Source: Clostridia bacterium
GTDB lineage: Bacteria; Bacillota; Clostridia; Christensenellales; Borkfalkiaceae
Assembly (NCBI GenBank): GCA_029061495.1
Contig: JAIDRX010000123.1
Span: forward strand, 1-56,626
Direction: 5' to 3'
DNA: 56,626 nucleotides
Shown: in pieces, positions 36,432 through 46,300 of the stretch
Layout of the letters: each line of letters opens with the position of its first letter
Numbering within the stretch: position 1 is the stretch's first letter
Made by a program: the position numbers and the translations under genes
The notes under the pieces: model-generated
The model's database searches: none
The model's input: the letters and a program-made list of their open reading frames with translations, nothing else
Told to the model about the DNA's origin: nothing

Positions 36432-38187
36432 CTTCGCCGCCTCCCTGACAGAGCGACTTTAACTCCCCGCTCATAAGCTTTAAAATATCGTCAAATTCGG
36501 CAATATCTTCTTCCTTGATATATTTTGCGCGGCCTATTTTTTCCTTGCACGAGCATGCAAGTATGTCGTTTAATGAAGCGTAATTTTCAACCGCTTCACG
36601 TGCGCGCTGATTAAATTCATATATGAGTTTAAGCATTAAAAACTGCTTATGCATCGAAGTATAAGTGTCTACGTCGTCAAATGCATTCTGGTGCAGGAAG
36701 TCTTCTCTTATAATTTTAGCCGTTTCCATCGTAAGCCTGTCCTTTGACGAAAGAGCGTCCGTTCCGACGAGTCTTACGATTTCTTCGAGAGCCGCCTCCT
36801 CCTGCAAAATCGTCGTTACAAACAGGCGGTATTTTACGAATTCCGCCCCGACGTTTTCGGAGTACCAGTCCTTCATTTTGTCGGCGTAAAGCGAATAGCT
36901 TATAAGCCAGTCTATTGCGGGGAAGTGCCTCTTGTATGCAAGAGAAGCCGAAAGTCCCCAGAAAACCTTTACGATTCTCAGCGTTGCCTGTGCTACGGGT
37001 TCGCTCAGATCGCCTCCGGGAGGGGAAACCGCGCCTATTGCCGTAACCGAGCCGGTACGCTCGCCCGAACCTAAAAGCTTGACGATACCCGCACGCTCGT
37101 AAAACTCCGCAAGTCGGCTTGCAAGGTACGCGGGGTATCCTTCGTCGCCGGGCATTTCCTCGAGTCGTCCGCTCATTTCGCGGAGAGCTTCCGCCCAGCG
37201 CGATGTCGAGTCCGCCATTATCGCGACGTTGTAGCCCATATCGCGGAAGTACTCCGCAATGGTAATACCTGTATAAATTGAAGCCTCGCGCGCCGCAACT
37301 GGCATATCGGAGGTGTTTGCTATAAGCACCGTACGCTTCATCAAAGGCTCGCCCGTTTTGGGGTCTTTAAGCGCGGGAAACTCGTTTAAAACGTCCGTCA
37401 TTTCGTTACCGCGCTCGCCGCAGCCTACGTAGACGATAATGTCTGCATCCGCCCACTTTGCAAGCTGGTGCTGAACGACGGTTTTACCGCTGCCGAAAGG
37501 ACCGGGAACTGCCGCAACTCCGCCTCGAGCTACGGGGAAAAGCGTATCTATAACTCTCTGACCCGTAACCATAGGTCTGTCGGGTGAAAGCTTTTCCTTA
37601 TAAGGTCTGCCTTTACGGACAGGCCACTTCCTCAGCATGCACACGGGCTTTTTGCCCGCGCCCGTCTGAATAACGGCAACCGTCTCCTCTATCGTAAAAT
37701 CACCTTCCGCAACGGAAACTACTTTTCCGCTTATTCCGTTGGGAACGAGAATTCTATGCTCTATAATTTCCGTTTCCTGCACGACGCCTAAAATATCACC
37801 CTCGGACACGGTATCGCCAGACTTCACGCGAGGCGAAAAATGCCACTTTTTATTTCTGTCCAAGTGGTTTACCGAAACGCCCCTCGATATACGCGAACCG
37901 TATTTAAAGAATAAATCGGTAAGCGGGCGTTGAATTCCGTCGAATATACCCGTAATAAGACCGGGTGCAAGCTCGGCGGAAAGAGGCTCTCCTGTGGATA
38001 CTACTTCCTCTCCGGGACCTAAGCCCGAAGTTTCTTCGTAAACCTGAATCGAAGCCTTGTCGCCTCTCAGCTCTATGACCTCGCCTATAAGTCCCAAATC
38101 GGAAACGCGCACGACGTCGTACATTTTACTGTCCGCCATGCCCTCCGCAATTATTAAAGGACCGGAAACTTTAACTGTTTTACCCAT
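36424..38187 (-). CDS. ntpA: V-type ATP synthase catalytic subunit A
   Basis: 587 aa with Walker A GPFGSGKT and the V-type non-homologous insert. Confidence 0.96.
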   Translation of the reverse strand: MGKTVKVSGPLIIAEGMADSKMYDVVRVSDLGLIGEVIELRGDKASIQVYEETSGLGPGEEVVSTGEPLSAELAPGLITGIFDGIQRPLTDLFFKYGSRISRGVSVNHLDRNKKWHFSPRVKSGDTVSEGDILGVVQETEIIEHRILVPNGISGKVVSVAEGDFTIEETVAVIQTGAGKKPVCMLRKWPVRKGRPYKEKLSPDRPMVTGQRVIDTLFPVARGGVAAVPGPFGSGKTVVQHQLAKWADADIIVYVGCGERGNEMTDVLNEFPALKDPKTGEPLMKRTVLIANTSDMPVAAREASIYTGITIAEYFRDMGYNVAIMADSTSRWAEALREMSGRLEEMPGDEGYPAYLASRLAEFYERAGIVKLLGSGERTGSVTAIGAVSPPGGDLSEPVAQATLRIVKVFWGLSASLAYKRHFPAIDWLISYSLYADKMKDWYSENVGAEFVKYRLFVTTILQEEAALEEIVRLVGTDALSSKDRLTMETAKIIREDFLHQNAFDDVDTYTSMHKQFLMLKLIYEFNQRAREAVENYASLNDILACSCKEKIGRAKYIKEEDIAEFDDILKLMSGELKSLCQGGGEDV

Positions 38188-38201
38188 AAAAACTCCTATC
38201 T

Positions 38202-38376
38202 CACGAAATTCTCGACGTTCGATGATGTCGATAATTTCCGTGATTTGAGGGCTTCTCGCCCTCTGCCCGCAACGTTAGGGGCACACAAACATATAATTGC
38301 GGGCATTCACCTCGGTGAGCCGCAGGTTTGCGCAAATTGTGTGCGCTACGCAAAAAGCGTCGTTTTTGCTCGCGCC
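38202..38376 (-). repeat. structured intergenic repeat, copy 2 (between subunit F gene and ntpA)
   Basis: Same architecture as copies 1 and 3. See findings. Confidence 0.85.
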
Positions 38377-38399
38377 GTAAATAATTTTAAAAAAATCGC

Positions 38400-38717
38400 T
38401 TAGTTATTAAACAAAATATCTACGCCTAAAGCGCGCTCCATTGCGCTTTTAAGCATTTCGTCGCCATAGCCCGTGCTTCCGTTCTTTGACGGAATACTCA
38501 ACACTACGGGGTAAGGCTCCTCGTCGAAGCGTTTTAAAAATTCGCTTAAAGGGCGCGCAAGCTCTTCGGTTAAAAATATTATCTGATAGTCTTTTGCGAC
38601 TCTGCGCAAAACTTCCTTTGCCTTCGCCTCGTTTTCGGCAGGAAACGAGTCAACGCCCGCCGCCTTAAAAACGGTTATGCTGTCGCCGTCGCCGACTATC
38701 GCCATTTTACCCGTCAT
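38400..38717 (-). CDS. V-type ATP synthase subunit F
   Basis: 105 aa, MAIVGDGDSITVFKAAGVD... pattern of V-ATPase F. Confidence 0.9.
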   Translation of the reverse strand: MTGKMAIVGDGDSITVFKAAGVDSFPAENEAKAKEVLRRVAKDYQIIFLTEELARPLSEFLKRFDEEPYPVVLSIPSKNGSTGYGDEMLKSAMERALGVDILFNN

Positions 38718-38725
38718 AATATCAC

Positions 38726-39700
38726 CTATACCGCCCTGAGCCTTGCCTTAATTTCTCTCTCTCCCATTCCTGCCAAAAGGCAGACGAAAAGAATGCGAAC
38801 GTCGGCGTTTTCCGCGCGCCGCCTGAACACGTAATAGAGGAACGGTTCGCGCTTGTCCAGCTCGTACTTGCGTGCCGAAAAGAACTTTGCCTCGTAGCTT
38901 TCCATAGCGCGCTCTGCCTGCGTTAAAGGCAGATTTGCGTTTTTATCCGCAAGGCACAGCGCCAAAAAGTCGTTGTACGGCGTACCGTCTAACGCGTGCG
39001 CCCTTTTATCGGTATCGGGCTCGAACAGCTTTTCAAGCTTTACGTTTGAAAGACTTCCGCCCGAAACGTAAAACTTAGCCGCTTCCGCCGCATCCTCTGA
39101 GCGCAGCGCGACCAGAATATTGGTCATATCCGCCTTTGCCGCCAAAAGCTTTTTTAACGTGCGGTTTTTCTTGCAGACCGAAGATAAGTACTCGAACAGC
39201 GCCTTTTCAAAAATAGCGCCTATTTCCGCGCCCGCTGCTCCGCTTTCCGTATCGGTCAGCTTTTCGTACGCGGCTTTGGTTGCTCCGCCCAAAATTTCAC
39301 CGAGGGGTTCGAACTTATTTTCGCTCACGCACTGCATAATCTGCGTTATGGAGATAAGCCCTTCGGGAGCGAGCATATTTTCGACTTCAAGTCCTAAGCA
39401 GTGCGCCTTTACTACCGCCTTTGCGTTGTGGAAATCGCGCGCGGCGAAAAGGTAAATAAGCTCCGTCTGCGAAGGCGCGTACTCGCGGATAAACTCGTCT
39501 ATCGCCGCGCCGTCGGCTGAGATAAGCTTTTCAAACTCGTAGACGGAAGCCGCCTCGGCACCCTTGCCGAAGCCGCAGTCCGTCAGCGCGCGCAGAGCTT
39601 CCTCCGCGCCCGAGTCGCACAGCTTTAAAATTCTGTCAGACAACAGAAATTTTTCTTTTACGGCAATAACGCCGTTTGTGAACGTAAAGTCCTTTGCCAT
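38726..39700 (-). CDS. ntpC: V-type ATP synthase subunit C (V0 d-like)
   Basis: 324 aa helical protein in the conserved operon position. Confidence 0.85.
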   Translation of the reverse strand: MAKDFTFTNGVIAVKEKFLLSDRILKLCDSGAEEALRALTDCGFGKGAEAASVYEFEKLISADGAAIDEFIREYAPSQTELIYLFAARDFHNAKAVVKAHCLGLEVENMLAPEGLISITQIMQCVSENKFEPLGEILGGATKAAYEKLTDTESGAAGAEIGAIFEKALFEYLSSVCKKNRTLKKLLAAKADMTNILVALRSEDAAEAAKFYVSGGSLSNVKLEKLFEPDTDKRAHALDGTPYNDFLALCLADKNANLPLTQAERAMESYEAKFFSARKYELDKREPFLYYVFRRRAENADVRILFVCLLAGMGEREIKARLRAV

Positions 39701-39708
39701 CTATTACC

Positions 39709-40278
39709 TTATAAAAACAATTGAGCGGCTATTTTAGCCTGATTTTCTTCCCTGTCCGCGGCAAGTATAGCGCCGTAGGAAATATCCTTGTCGCACAGCT
39801 TTCCGCGCAGAATAAATCCGCCGTCTATCTTTACCTTTTTGGGGGAAACTTTAAGCTTCTTTTCTTTAACTACAGAAAGCTTTGCAACGTCCTGAACGCA
39901 CTTGAAATTTTCGGCAAACACTATTTCGTCGCCGTCTTCCGCATGGGCGCGCAAAAGCTTTTCGGCAAAGCGGACTGTTTCCGCGTCGCTTAAAGATACA
40001 AGCTTATTTAAAGCCTGAGCGTAAACGCTGTCGATTACTCCGCGCTTTTCGCCAAGTAGAATTTTAGCCGACTCGAGCCTTGCCTGCGCCGCCTTTCCGT
40101 CGAAAATTGCGGCGGCTTTTTCTTTTATTTCCGCTTGAGTGCCCTGTTTGTTTCTTTCGGCGCGCTCGGAAGCTTGCGCAACGGTTGCATCCGCCGCGCT
40201 TTCAGCGTCCTCTATTATTTTGCGCGCCGCCTGTTCGGCGTCGGAAATAATTCTTTCAACTATCGCCTGTTCGCTCAT
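39709..40278 (-). CDS. ntpE: V-type ATP synthase subunit E
   Basis: 189 aa with an N-terminal long helix (AEQAARKIIEDAE...), in the conserved operon position. Confidence 0.85.
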   Translation of the reverse strand: MSEQAIVERIISDAEQAARKIIEDAESAADATVAQASERAERNKQGTQAEIKEKAAAIFDGKAAQARLESAKILLGEKRGVIDSVYAQALNKLVSLSDAETVRFAEKLLRAHAEDGDEIVFAENFKCVQDVAKLSVVKEKKLKVSPKKVKIDGGFILRGKLCDKDISYGAILAADREENQAKIAAQLFL

Positions 40279-40279
40279 A

Positions 40280-40801
40280 TTAACCTACGATAGGAATAAG
40301 CATTATGGAAATAATAAGTCCCAAAATCGCGTAGAACTCTATCATTGCGGGATAGATAATAAGCTTACCGCCGAGAGAGTCCTGCTTGCCTACCGCATAG
40401 ATACAGTTAACTGCCGACTTACCCTGGAAAATACCAGTTACAAGACCTGCAATAGCCATAGGCATTACCGCGCCGAGTATCGCCCAGCCCTGAGTAAGCG
40501 TCATATCCAGACTTAACGAGCCGGAAGCTATAATTCCGATAATGAAGCCGTAAATACCCTGCGTTGCGGGAAGAAGCACGAGGACGAGCACTTTACCGAA
40601 CTTATTGGGAGCTTCGCCGAGCACGCCCGCCGCCGCGGTTCCTGTTTTGTAAAGTCCGATAGCCGAACCGATTCCGCACAGAAGCACGCACAGAGCCACG
40701 CCAATCATCGCGACGGCAAAGCCCTGATAACCGATTGCTTCCGCTTTGTCTGCAACTTTTTGGCCCGCTTCAGACAAATCCGCCAAAAGTGATAAATTCA
40801 T
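40280..40801 (-). CDS. ntpK: V-type ATP synthase proteolipid subunit K
   Basis: Hydrophobic, four-helix duplicated c-subunit. GGAGG lies 5 nt before the ATG at 40801. The track's TTG at 40813 is part of the RBS region. Confidence 0.9.
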   Translation of the reverse strand: MNLSLLADLSEAGQKVADKAEAIGYQGFAVAMIGVALCVLLCGIGSAIGLYKTGTAAAGVLGEAPNKFGKVLVLVLLPATQGIYGFIIGIIASGSLSLDMTLTQGWAILGAVMPMAIAGLVTGIFQGKSAVNCIYAVGKQDSLGGKLIIYPAMIEFYAILGLIISIMLIPIVG

Positions 40802-40852
40802 ATAAACCTCCAAAAACTAACGCTTGCGCGTCAATTGATTTTTTACTTAAAT

Positions 40853-42823
40853 TTATAACACTAAAACGTGTTTATGCTTTGAGCCGAGGGGCGTAAACAG
40901 CTCGCCCTCGCCTTCGTAAAACCTGCCGTAAAACTCAACGTACTGCAACCTTGCGTCGTGAATGTATGCGCCGAGCAAGCCTATCGCTAGGTTGAATATA
41001 TGACCTATCAGCATTATCGCCACGCCGAGAATTATAAACGCGACGTTGCCGCTTGAAATTAAATTTACCGAGTTAGACGAAACGATATCGGCTATAACCG
41101 CACCTGCGAGCATCAGTCCGTATAATCGTGCGTAGCTTAAAATATCCGATGCGTAGTTGATAACTCCGTAAGCCGCGCCGAAGCCCTTTGTGAACTTGCC
41201 TAAGATCTTTTCCTTTCTGCCTGCGGTAAGCATTGCCACAATAAGGCTTACGCCAGCCGTAGCTCCGCCGATTAATCTTAATATAGAAACGTTGAACTCC
41301 TCGACAAAGCCCGCTATTGCAAGCTCTACACCGACAGAGAATACCGTCCAGACAAGCCCGTCGAAAATTCCGTCCAAGACCTGTTTGCGCCGCCAGCACT
41401 GCACTGCTTTACAAAGATACCCCGCGCCGAGCTGAACTACGCCTATAAGCATACTGACTATTAAAAGCGCGGGTACTTTTATTCCCGCAAGCGACCAGCT
41501 CATAGCATCGCCGCGAAGGTCTGGCATTACTTTAAACGGCAAAAGCGCAAATCCGAACAGCGAGTTGAAAAGAAAGCCCCAGATAATGGTGAATATTCCG
41601 CCAATGGCGAACACTCCGCCGAGCTTACCTATCATGCCGCCCTTTTTGCCCATTTTAAGCCAAATAAAGCCACCGCCGAGTATCATTAAAAGCCCGTAAC
41701 CGATATCCGCCATTATGAACCCAATAAACACGCTGTAAAAGAAAGCCATTACCGTGTTGGGGTCAAACTCGCGCGAAGAGGGCGGCGAGTACATATTAGT
41801 AATCGCTTCAAAGTTTTCGACTACGGGGTTATTCTTTAAAAGAGTCGGGGGAACTTCGTCCTCTGAAGGCTCGGAAAACTCGAAGTAAACCGCGGACGAA
41901 ACCTCGCTTATAGCGTTTTGTACAAGCTCTTCCGCCTCTTTGGGAACGTACGCTTCGAGTAAAAAGGTTGACTGCGTTTCGCGCATTTTTTCGGACTGCT
42001 CGGCTTTTTCAAGCTCGAACGAAAGATAGTCGCAATATACTTTAAGCGTGCGGATATTTTCGCTAAGCGAATAGAACTCCTCCGCAACGGAGTTGATATC
42101 TTCGTTTATTTGCTTTTCACGGGCACACAAAGAATTATACAATTCCTCGCCCGTGTTTTCTCCGTTAAAAGGACATACAGCAAAGCCGTACTCGGGCAAA
42201 AGACTCTCCGCCTCTGTTGACGATTTATGCTCGGTTACAAGTACGAGCGCCTCTTCCGCATTTGCGGAAATTTCCGTAACACAGGCAAGCCCGCAGTTTT
42301 CAATTGCGGATAAAAAGTTGCCCTTTACCGTGGCGGGAATTACGCCAAGCTTTACTTTGACGTGAAGCGTGTCCGAAAAATAATTAAGCGGCTGTTGAAC
42401 GGCGGAATAAATCTCCGCTGTCTTTAAGGTCCTGCGCAGTTTTGAAAGCTCTGCATTCAAGTCCCTTTCCCTATCGGAAAGTTCGTTTATTTTTTCAACG
42501 AGCGAGGCAACCTCACCCTGCTTTTCGTTTGCGGCGATAAACTCGGAATAGCTTACAGAAAATCCGTCCTTTAAAATTTCGGACTTGATTTTATGCTCTT
42601 TTAAATACTCTTCCGTGCACGAGGAAAGAAGGGCAAGCGAAGACTCCACGGCGGCGAGGCTCTCGCGTAGTCCTTCGCAGTCCGCGGTCATAGGCGTAGT
42701 ATTTTCGGCATCGAAGTGATACTTAATCTCGGTTGCGCCCGTCCTCTGCAACGCGTTTAAAAGCGCATCTTTATCGTAGGACATGGCAACGAGGTTAAGT
42801 TTGCCCATTTCAACGACTGCCAC
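40853..42823 (-). CDS. ntpI: V-type ATP synthase subunit I (V0 a)
   Basis: 656 aa with a soluble coiled N-terminal half and a polytopic C-terminal half that contains the conserved Arg region (SYARLYGLM). Confidence 0.92.
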   Translation of the reverse strand: MAVVEMGKLNLVAMSYDKDALLNALQRTGATEIKYHFDAENTTPMTADCEGLRESLAAVESSLALLSSCTEEYLKEHKIKSEILKDGFSVSYSEFIAANEKQGEVASLVEKINELSDRERDLNAELSKLRRTLKTAEIYSAVQQPLNYFSDTLHVKVKLGVIPATVKGNFLSAIENCGLACVTEISANAEEALVLVTEHKSSTEAESLLPEYGFAVCPFNGENTGEELYNSLCAREKQINEDINSVAEEFYSLSENIRTLKVYCDYLSFELEKAEQSEKMRETQSTFLLEAYVPKEAEELVQNAISEVSSAVYFEFSEPSEDEVPPTLLKNNPVVENFEAITNMYSPPSSREFDPNTVMAFFYSVFIGFIMADIGYGLLMILGGGFIWLKMGKKGGMIGKLGGVFAIGGIFTIIWGFLFNSLFGFALLPFKVMPDLRGDAMSWSLAGIKVPALLIVSMLIGVVQLGAGYLCKAVQCWRRKQVLDGIFDGLVWTVFSVGVELAIAGFVEEFNVSILRLIGGATAGVSLIVAMLTAGRKEKILGKFTKGFGAAYGVINYASDILSYARLYGLMLAGAVIADIVSSNSVNLISSGNVAFIILGVAIMLIGHIFNLAIGLLGAYIHDARLQYVEFYGRFYEGEGELFTPLGSKHKHVLVL

Positions 42824-43127
42824 CCGTTACCCTCCTGACTATATCGTTAATTTGTTTATCGGCTTTCTTTAAGCATTTTTCGGCGTAGACTGAAGCCTCC
42901 GCTCTCTTTTCGGCAAGGGTTTCGTCGTACTTTCTCTGCGCCTCGTCATAAGCTGATTTTATACTCTTTTCGCGCAAGGTCTTGCACTCCGCCTGCGAAA
43001 GTTTTCCTATTTCGGCAGAGCGTTCTTCCGCCTGCGCGGCAATCTGCGCAGACTTGTCCAAAGCCTCAGCTTTTATTTGCGCGGCTTTACTTTCCGCCTC
43101 GGTTATGCTTTTAATAATTCCGTCCAT
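42810..43127 (-). CDS. V-type ATP synthase peripheral-stalk subunit (G/H-like)
   Basis: 105-aa all-helical A/E/K-rich protein. First gene of the operon. Overlaps subunit I by 14 nt. Confidence 0.75.
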   Translation of the reverse strand: MDGIIKSITEAESKAAQIKAEALDKSAQIAAQAEERSAEIGKLSQAECKTLREKSIKSAYDEAQRKYDETLAEKRAEASVYAEKCLKKADKQINDIVRRVTGGSR

Positions 43128-43176
43128 ATAAAACTCCGCTAAGCCGTAAAATCAGGTAATTTTTTCCACTTAAATT

Positions 43177-43205
43177 ATTGTAACACTTTTTTAACCGTAT
43201 TGCAA
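43177..43205 (-). promoter_or_regulatory. promoter of the V-ATPase operon
   Basis: Minus strand reads TTGCAA-17 nt-TACAAT, about 50 nt upstream of the first gene. Confidence 0.6.
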
Positions 43206-43274
43206 GCCCTAATTTAAAAATTTCATCTTTATAATAATTGACACGACGGCAAGATTATAACCGCATATAAAATA

Positions 43275-43303
43275 AGGCGGAGCCGCAAAATGCGGCTCCG
43301 CCT
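43275..43303 (-). terminator. terminator of the giant surface-protein gene
   Basis: AGGCGGAGCCGCA-AAA-TGCGGCTCCGCCT with T-rich flanks. Confidence 0.85.
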
Positions 43304-43313
43304 ATTTGTTTAT

Positions 43314-46300
43314 TTACTTGTTGCCTTCAAACTTGTCATAGAAGCCGTCGATATCGAAAATATCGTCCATACGGCTGTCACGGCTTTCGCGGCTGTCGAG
43401 ACTGTCGCGGTTTTCCGTGCGGCTTGCGGATTCCCTCGTGCGGTTAGTCGTATCTACCGTCGTAGTAGTTGTGATTACCGCATCGGGCGGATACATCGTA
43501 GGGGTGTTTACCGCACCCGACTGCGACTCCGCTTCGATTACCTGAGGGGGCTGTTCCGCGGGCTGTGCAGGCTGTTTGTTTGCCATGTTCATAGCCGAGA
43601 GTATCAACGCCCCGACAAGGTTAGCGGGAATTGCGGGCATATCTCCCGAAGCAATTGCATTTTGCAAGTCAGGTAAAACCGAAGGCTGGTTGTAACCGTA
43701 GCGCGAGTCTGCGCGCAGGCGTGCGAATTCCGTCTTCATCTTTTCAACCGCAACTTCCTGAGAAGCTTTAAGCTCTGCCTCTCTCAATACGCGCTGTTCT
43801 GAACGCATTGCGGCAAGCTCCGCTTCTATCTTTGCCAACGCGCTCGATTCTCCGCCGTAAGGTGCAGGCGAGTACGAAGGCGAAGGCGCAGCGTGCGATG
43901 CGCGTAAAGCCGCCAGTTCTGCCTTTAATTCCGCAATAACGTTTGCGTCCACATTATTTTGAGGCTGTTGCGCGGGTTGTTGAACGGGCTGCTGTACCTG
44001 CTGGGGAGCGGGTTGCTGTTGCTGAGCTTGCTGAGCTTCCATCTGCGCACGCATTTTAGCCATTTCGGCTTCCATCTTAGCGCGCTCGATTTCCATCTGA
44101 GCTTTAGCCTTTGCCGCTTCCGCTTCGGCGCGCGCCGCCCTGCCGTCGTCCGCCATAGCCATACCTGCCATAGCCGCCATGGGCATTCCTGCCGCCGCGG
44201 CCGCCGCAGCTTTAGCTTCTTCTTTCTCTTTCTTAGCTTCCTCTTCGGCTGCCTTCTTCTTTTTCTTCTTCTTTGCTACAGCGATTATTATTATCAACAG
44301 TATCAAAAGCAGAAGCGCCGCGCCGCCGATTACGAACCACAGCCAGTTATTCTTTACGAAGTTCAACGCGCTTCCGAAGAACGCCGCCGCTCCGCTCTGA
44401 GGTACGGTATACTCTACCATTTCGCTGGTAGTTTTACCATTCGCAAATACGAAGTTGTCTTTATCAGCGCCGCCTAAATAAGCCTCTACCCAGAAAGAGT
44501 TTCCACCCTTGAAATCAACGGTCTTTTCGGGTATCGCCGCTTTATCTGTACGGTAGCCATACTCCAACGAAAGGTCGATTTTTTCCTCGGCAATCATCGC
44601 CGTTACCCACTCGGGCAGGTTAACCGAAGCGCCGTCCTTTCCTTTGAGGTTCCAGAGGTTGTCGCCGTCAAGAACGAAGGGTTTAATCTCCCAGGTGTAG
44701 TTTGCATTGACGTCGTCGCCTGTAACCGCAAGCGTTTCGTCAACTACCGTGTAACGCGCAAGCGCCTTCATAGGCTCCTGTGTATTCTCAGGGTATGCCC
44801 AGACGTAGTTCGTGCTGGTAAGCGTAAGCGTTGCTTTGTAGTCATCACCTACGTTGCGCTCCTCCGTGTACGCCGTCCACTTTATGAGAGGGTCGCCCTC
44901 GTCGTTTACCATATCAAGGTACAACTTATAGTTGGCGTCAAGGTGATCCGTAAGCTTAATATTTACGCCGTTGAATATTATGTCGCCCGTAATCTGGGGA
45001 ACAGCTATCGGCTTGGGTGTAACGGTGAAGGTTGCACTGCTCTTTGCAAGCTTGTAAATTTCAAGCTCGTCTTCGTTTGTAATCTTAAACGTAAGCTTAT
45101 ACTCACCCGCGTTCTTAATGTATTCGCCGAAGTTTGCAAGCTCCGTAAATTTAAGCGTGTTTTTATCGCCGTTGGGAGCTTCGATTTCTACTTCGAGATA
45201 CTCTCTGTTGTCATACGTCTGACGGGAATCCGTCGTATCGTTGTTGATGAAGTAATAAGCGTTAAGCGCAAACTTAACATCGCCGTAAACCGAAGTTGCA
45301 TTTTCAAGGCTTATATAAATTTTAAGCTTGTTATCGCCTATCGAAGAGTTATAAGTGCTGTTTGCTCCGTCGAAAGCTATGTCGTAATTCTTTTTAGCGT
45401 CGTCGGACAAATCCGCCGTTACTTTTATAGAGATAGGCTGACCGTTTTCGTCCGCTATTGCGAACAGATCTGCTATCATTTCGTCCTTGTCAACGTCGGT
45501 TTTAGTCTCACCGCCGGGAATCGTATACGTATACTTATACTCGATAAGCTCCGCAAGCTTTTTAGCGGTTTCATCGTCGCCGACGATTTTTACACCGGGC
45601 AGATTGAACTCGTGTCCGTCGTCGTCCGAAAGAGTCTGGCCGTACTTATTCCAGCCGTTAACGGTAACCTTGGTCTTTCCGATTTCCCACTCGAAGTCGG
45701 GCAAATCGGTCGTTTTAAGCGTATAGTTCTTTGCAGATTCTCCGCTTAGCGTAGCCGAAGCCGTCGTTGTATTTTTCGGGTTTGCCGTAGTAGGTAAATT
45801 TACGCCGTAATCGCCCTCATACTCAATCTCGATATCGTCAAGGCTAATGCCTAAGCCCTTGAGATAATCGTCCGAAACCTTTACGTAAATACGCTTGCCC
45901 GTGTAGGAAGGCTTATTGGTATCCGAGTACTTCGTCCAGGTTGCGTCGGCCGCGGGTTTTTCATTGTTTTTTGAAGTATAATATACCCACTCTACAACCG
46001 AGTCGCCGCCGTCGTCAACGAAGGAAATAACCTTTTTAGCAATCTCCCACTCGAAGTCAACGTACGCCGTCTTTTTGCTGTCCGCCGTATACGTAGACTT
46101 GTCAGCCGTATCAAACTCGTAGCTCGAGCCGTCCTTTATCTTGACATAAATTCTCGTTACGTGCGTGCCTGCATTGCTGAACTTGTTGCCGTATTCCTTG
46201 CCGTCGACCGTGCCTATTTCGAAGCCGTTCGTACCCTTTGAGGTATCGAGTTCGAGATAGTCCAAATCCGACAAATCAGCCGTAATTAAAATGTTAGTTG

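Noticed and set aside
44943-45749. 268-aa plus-strand ORF, with several others (43290-43676, 43959-44477, 49858-50223, 50031-50318)
   Set aside because: All lie antisense within the 7.5-kb giant ORF. They have no RBS or recognisable motifs. Long antisense frames are expected inside very long biased genes.
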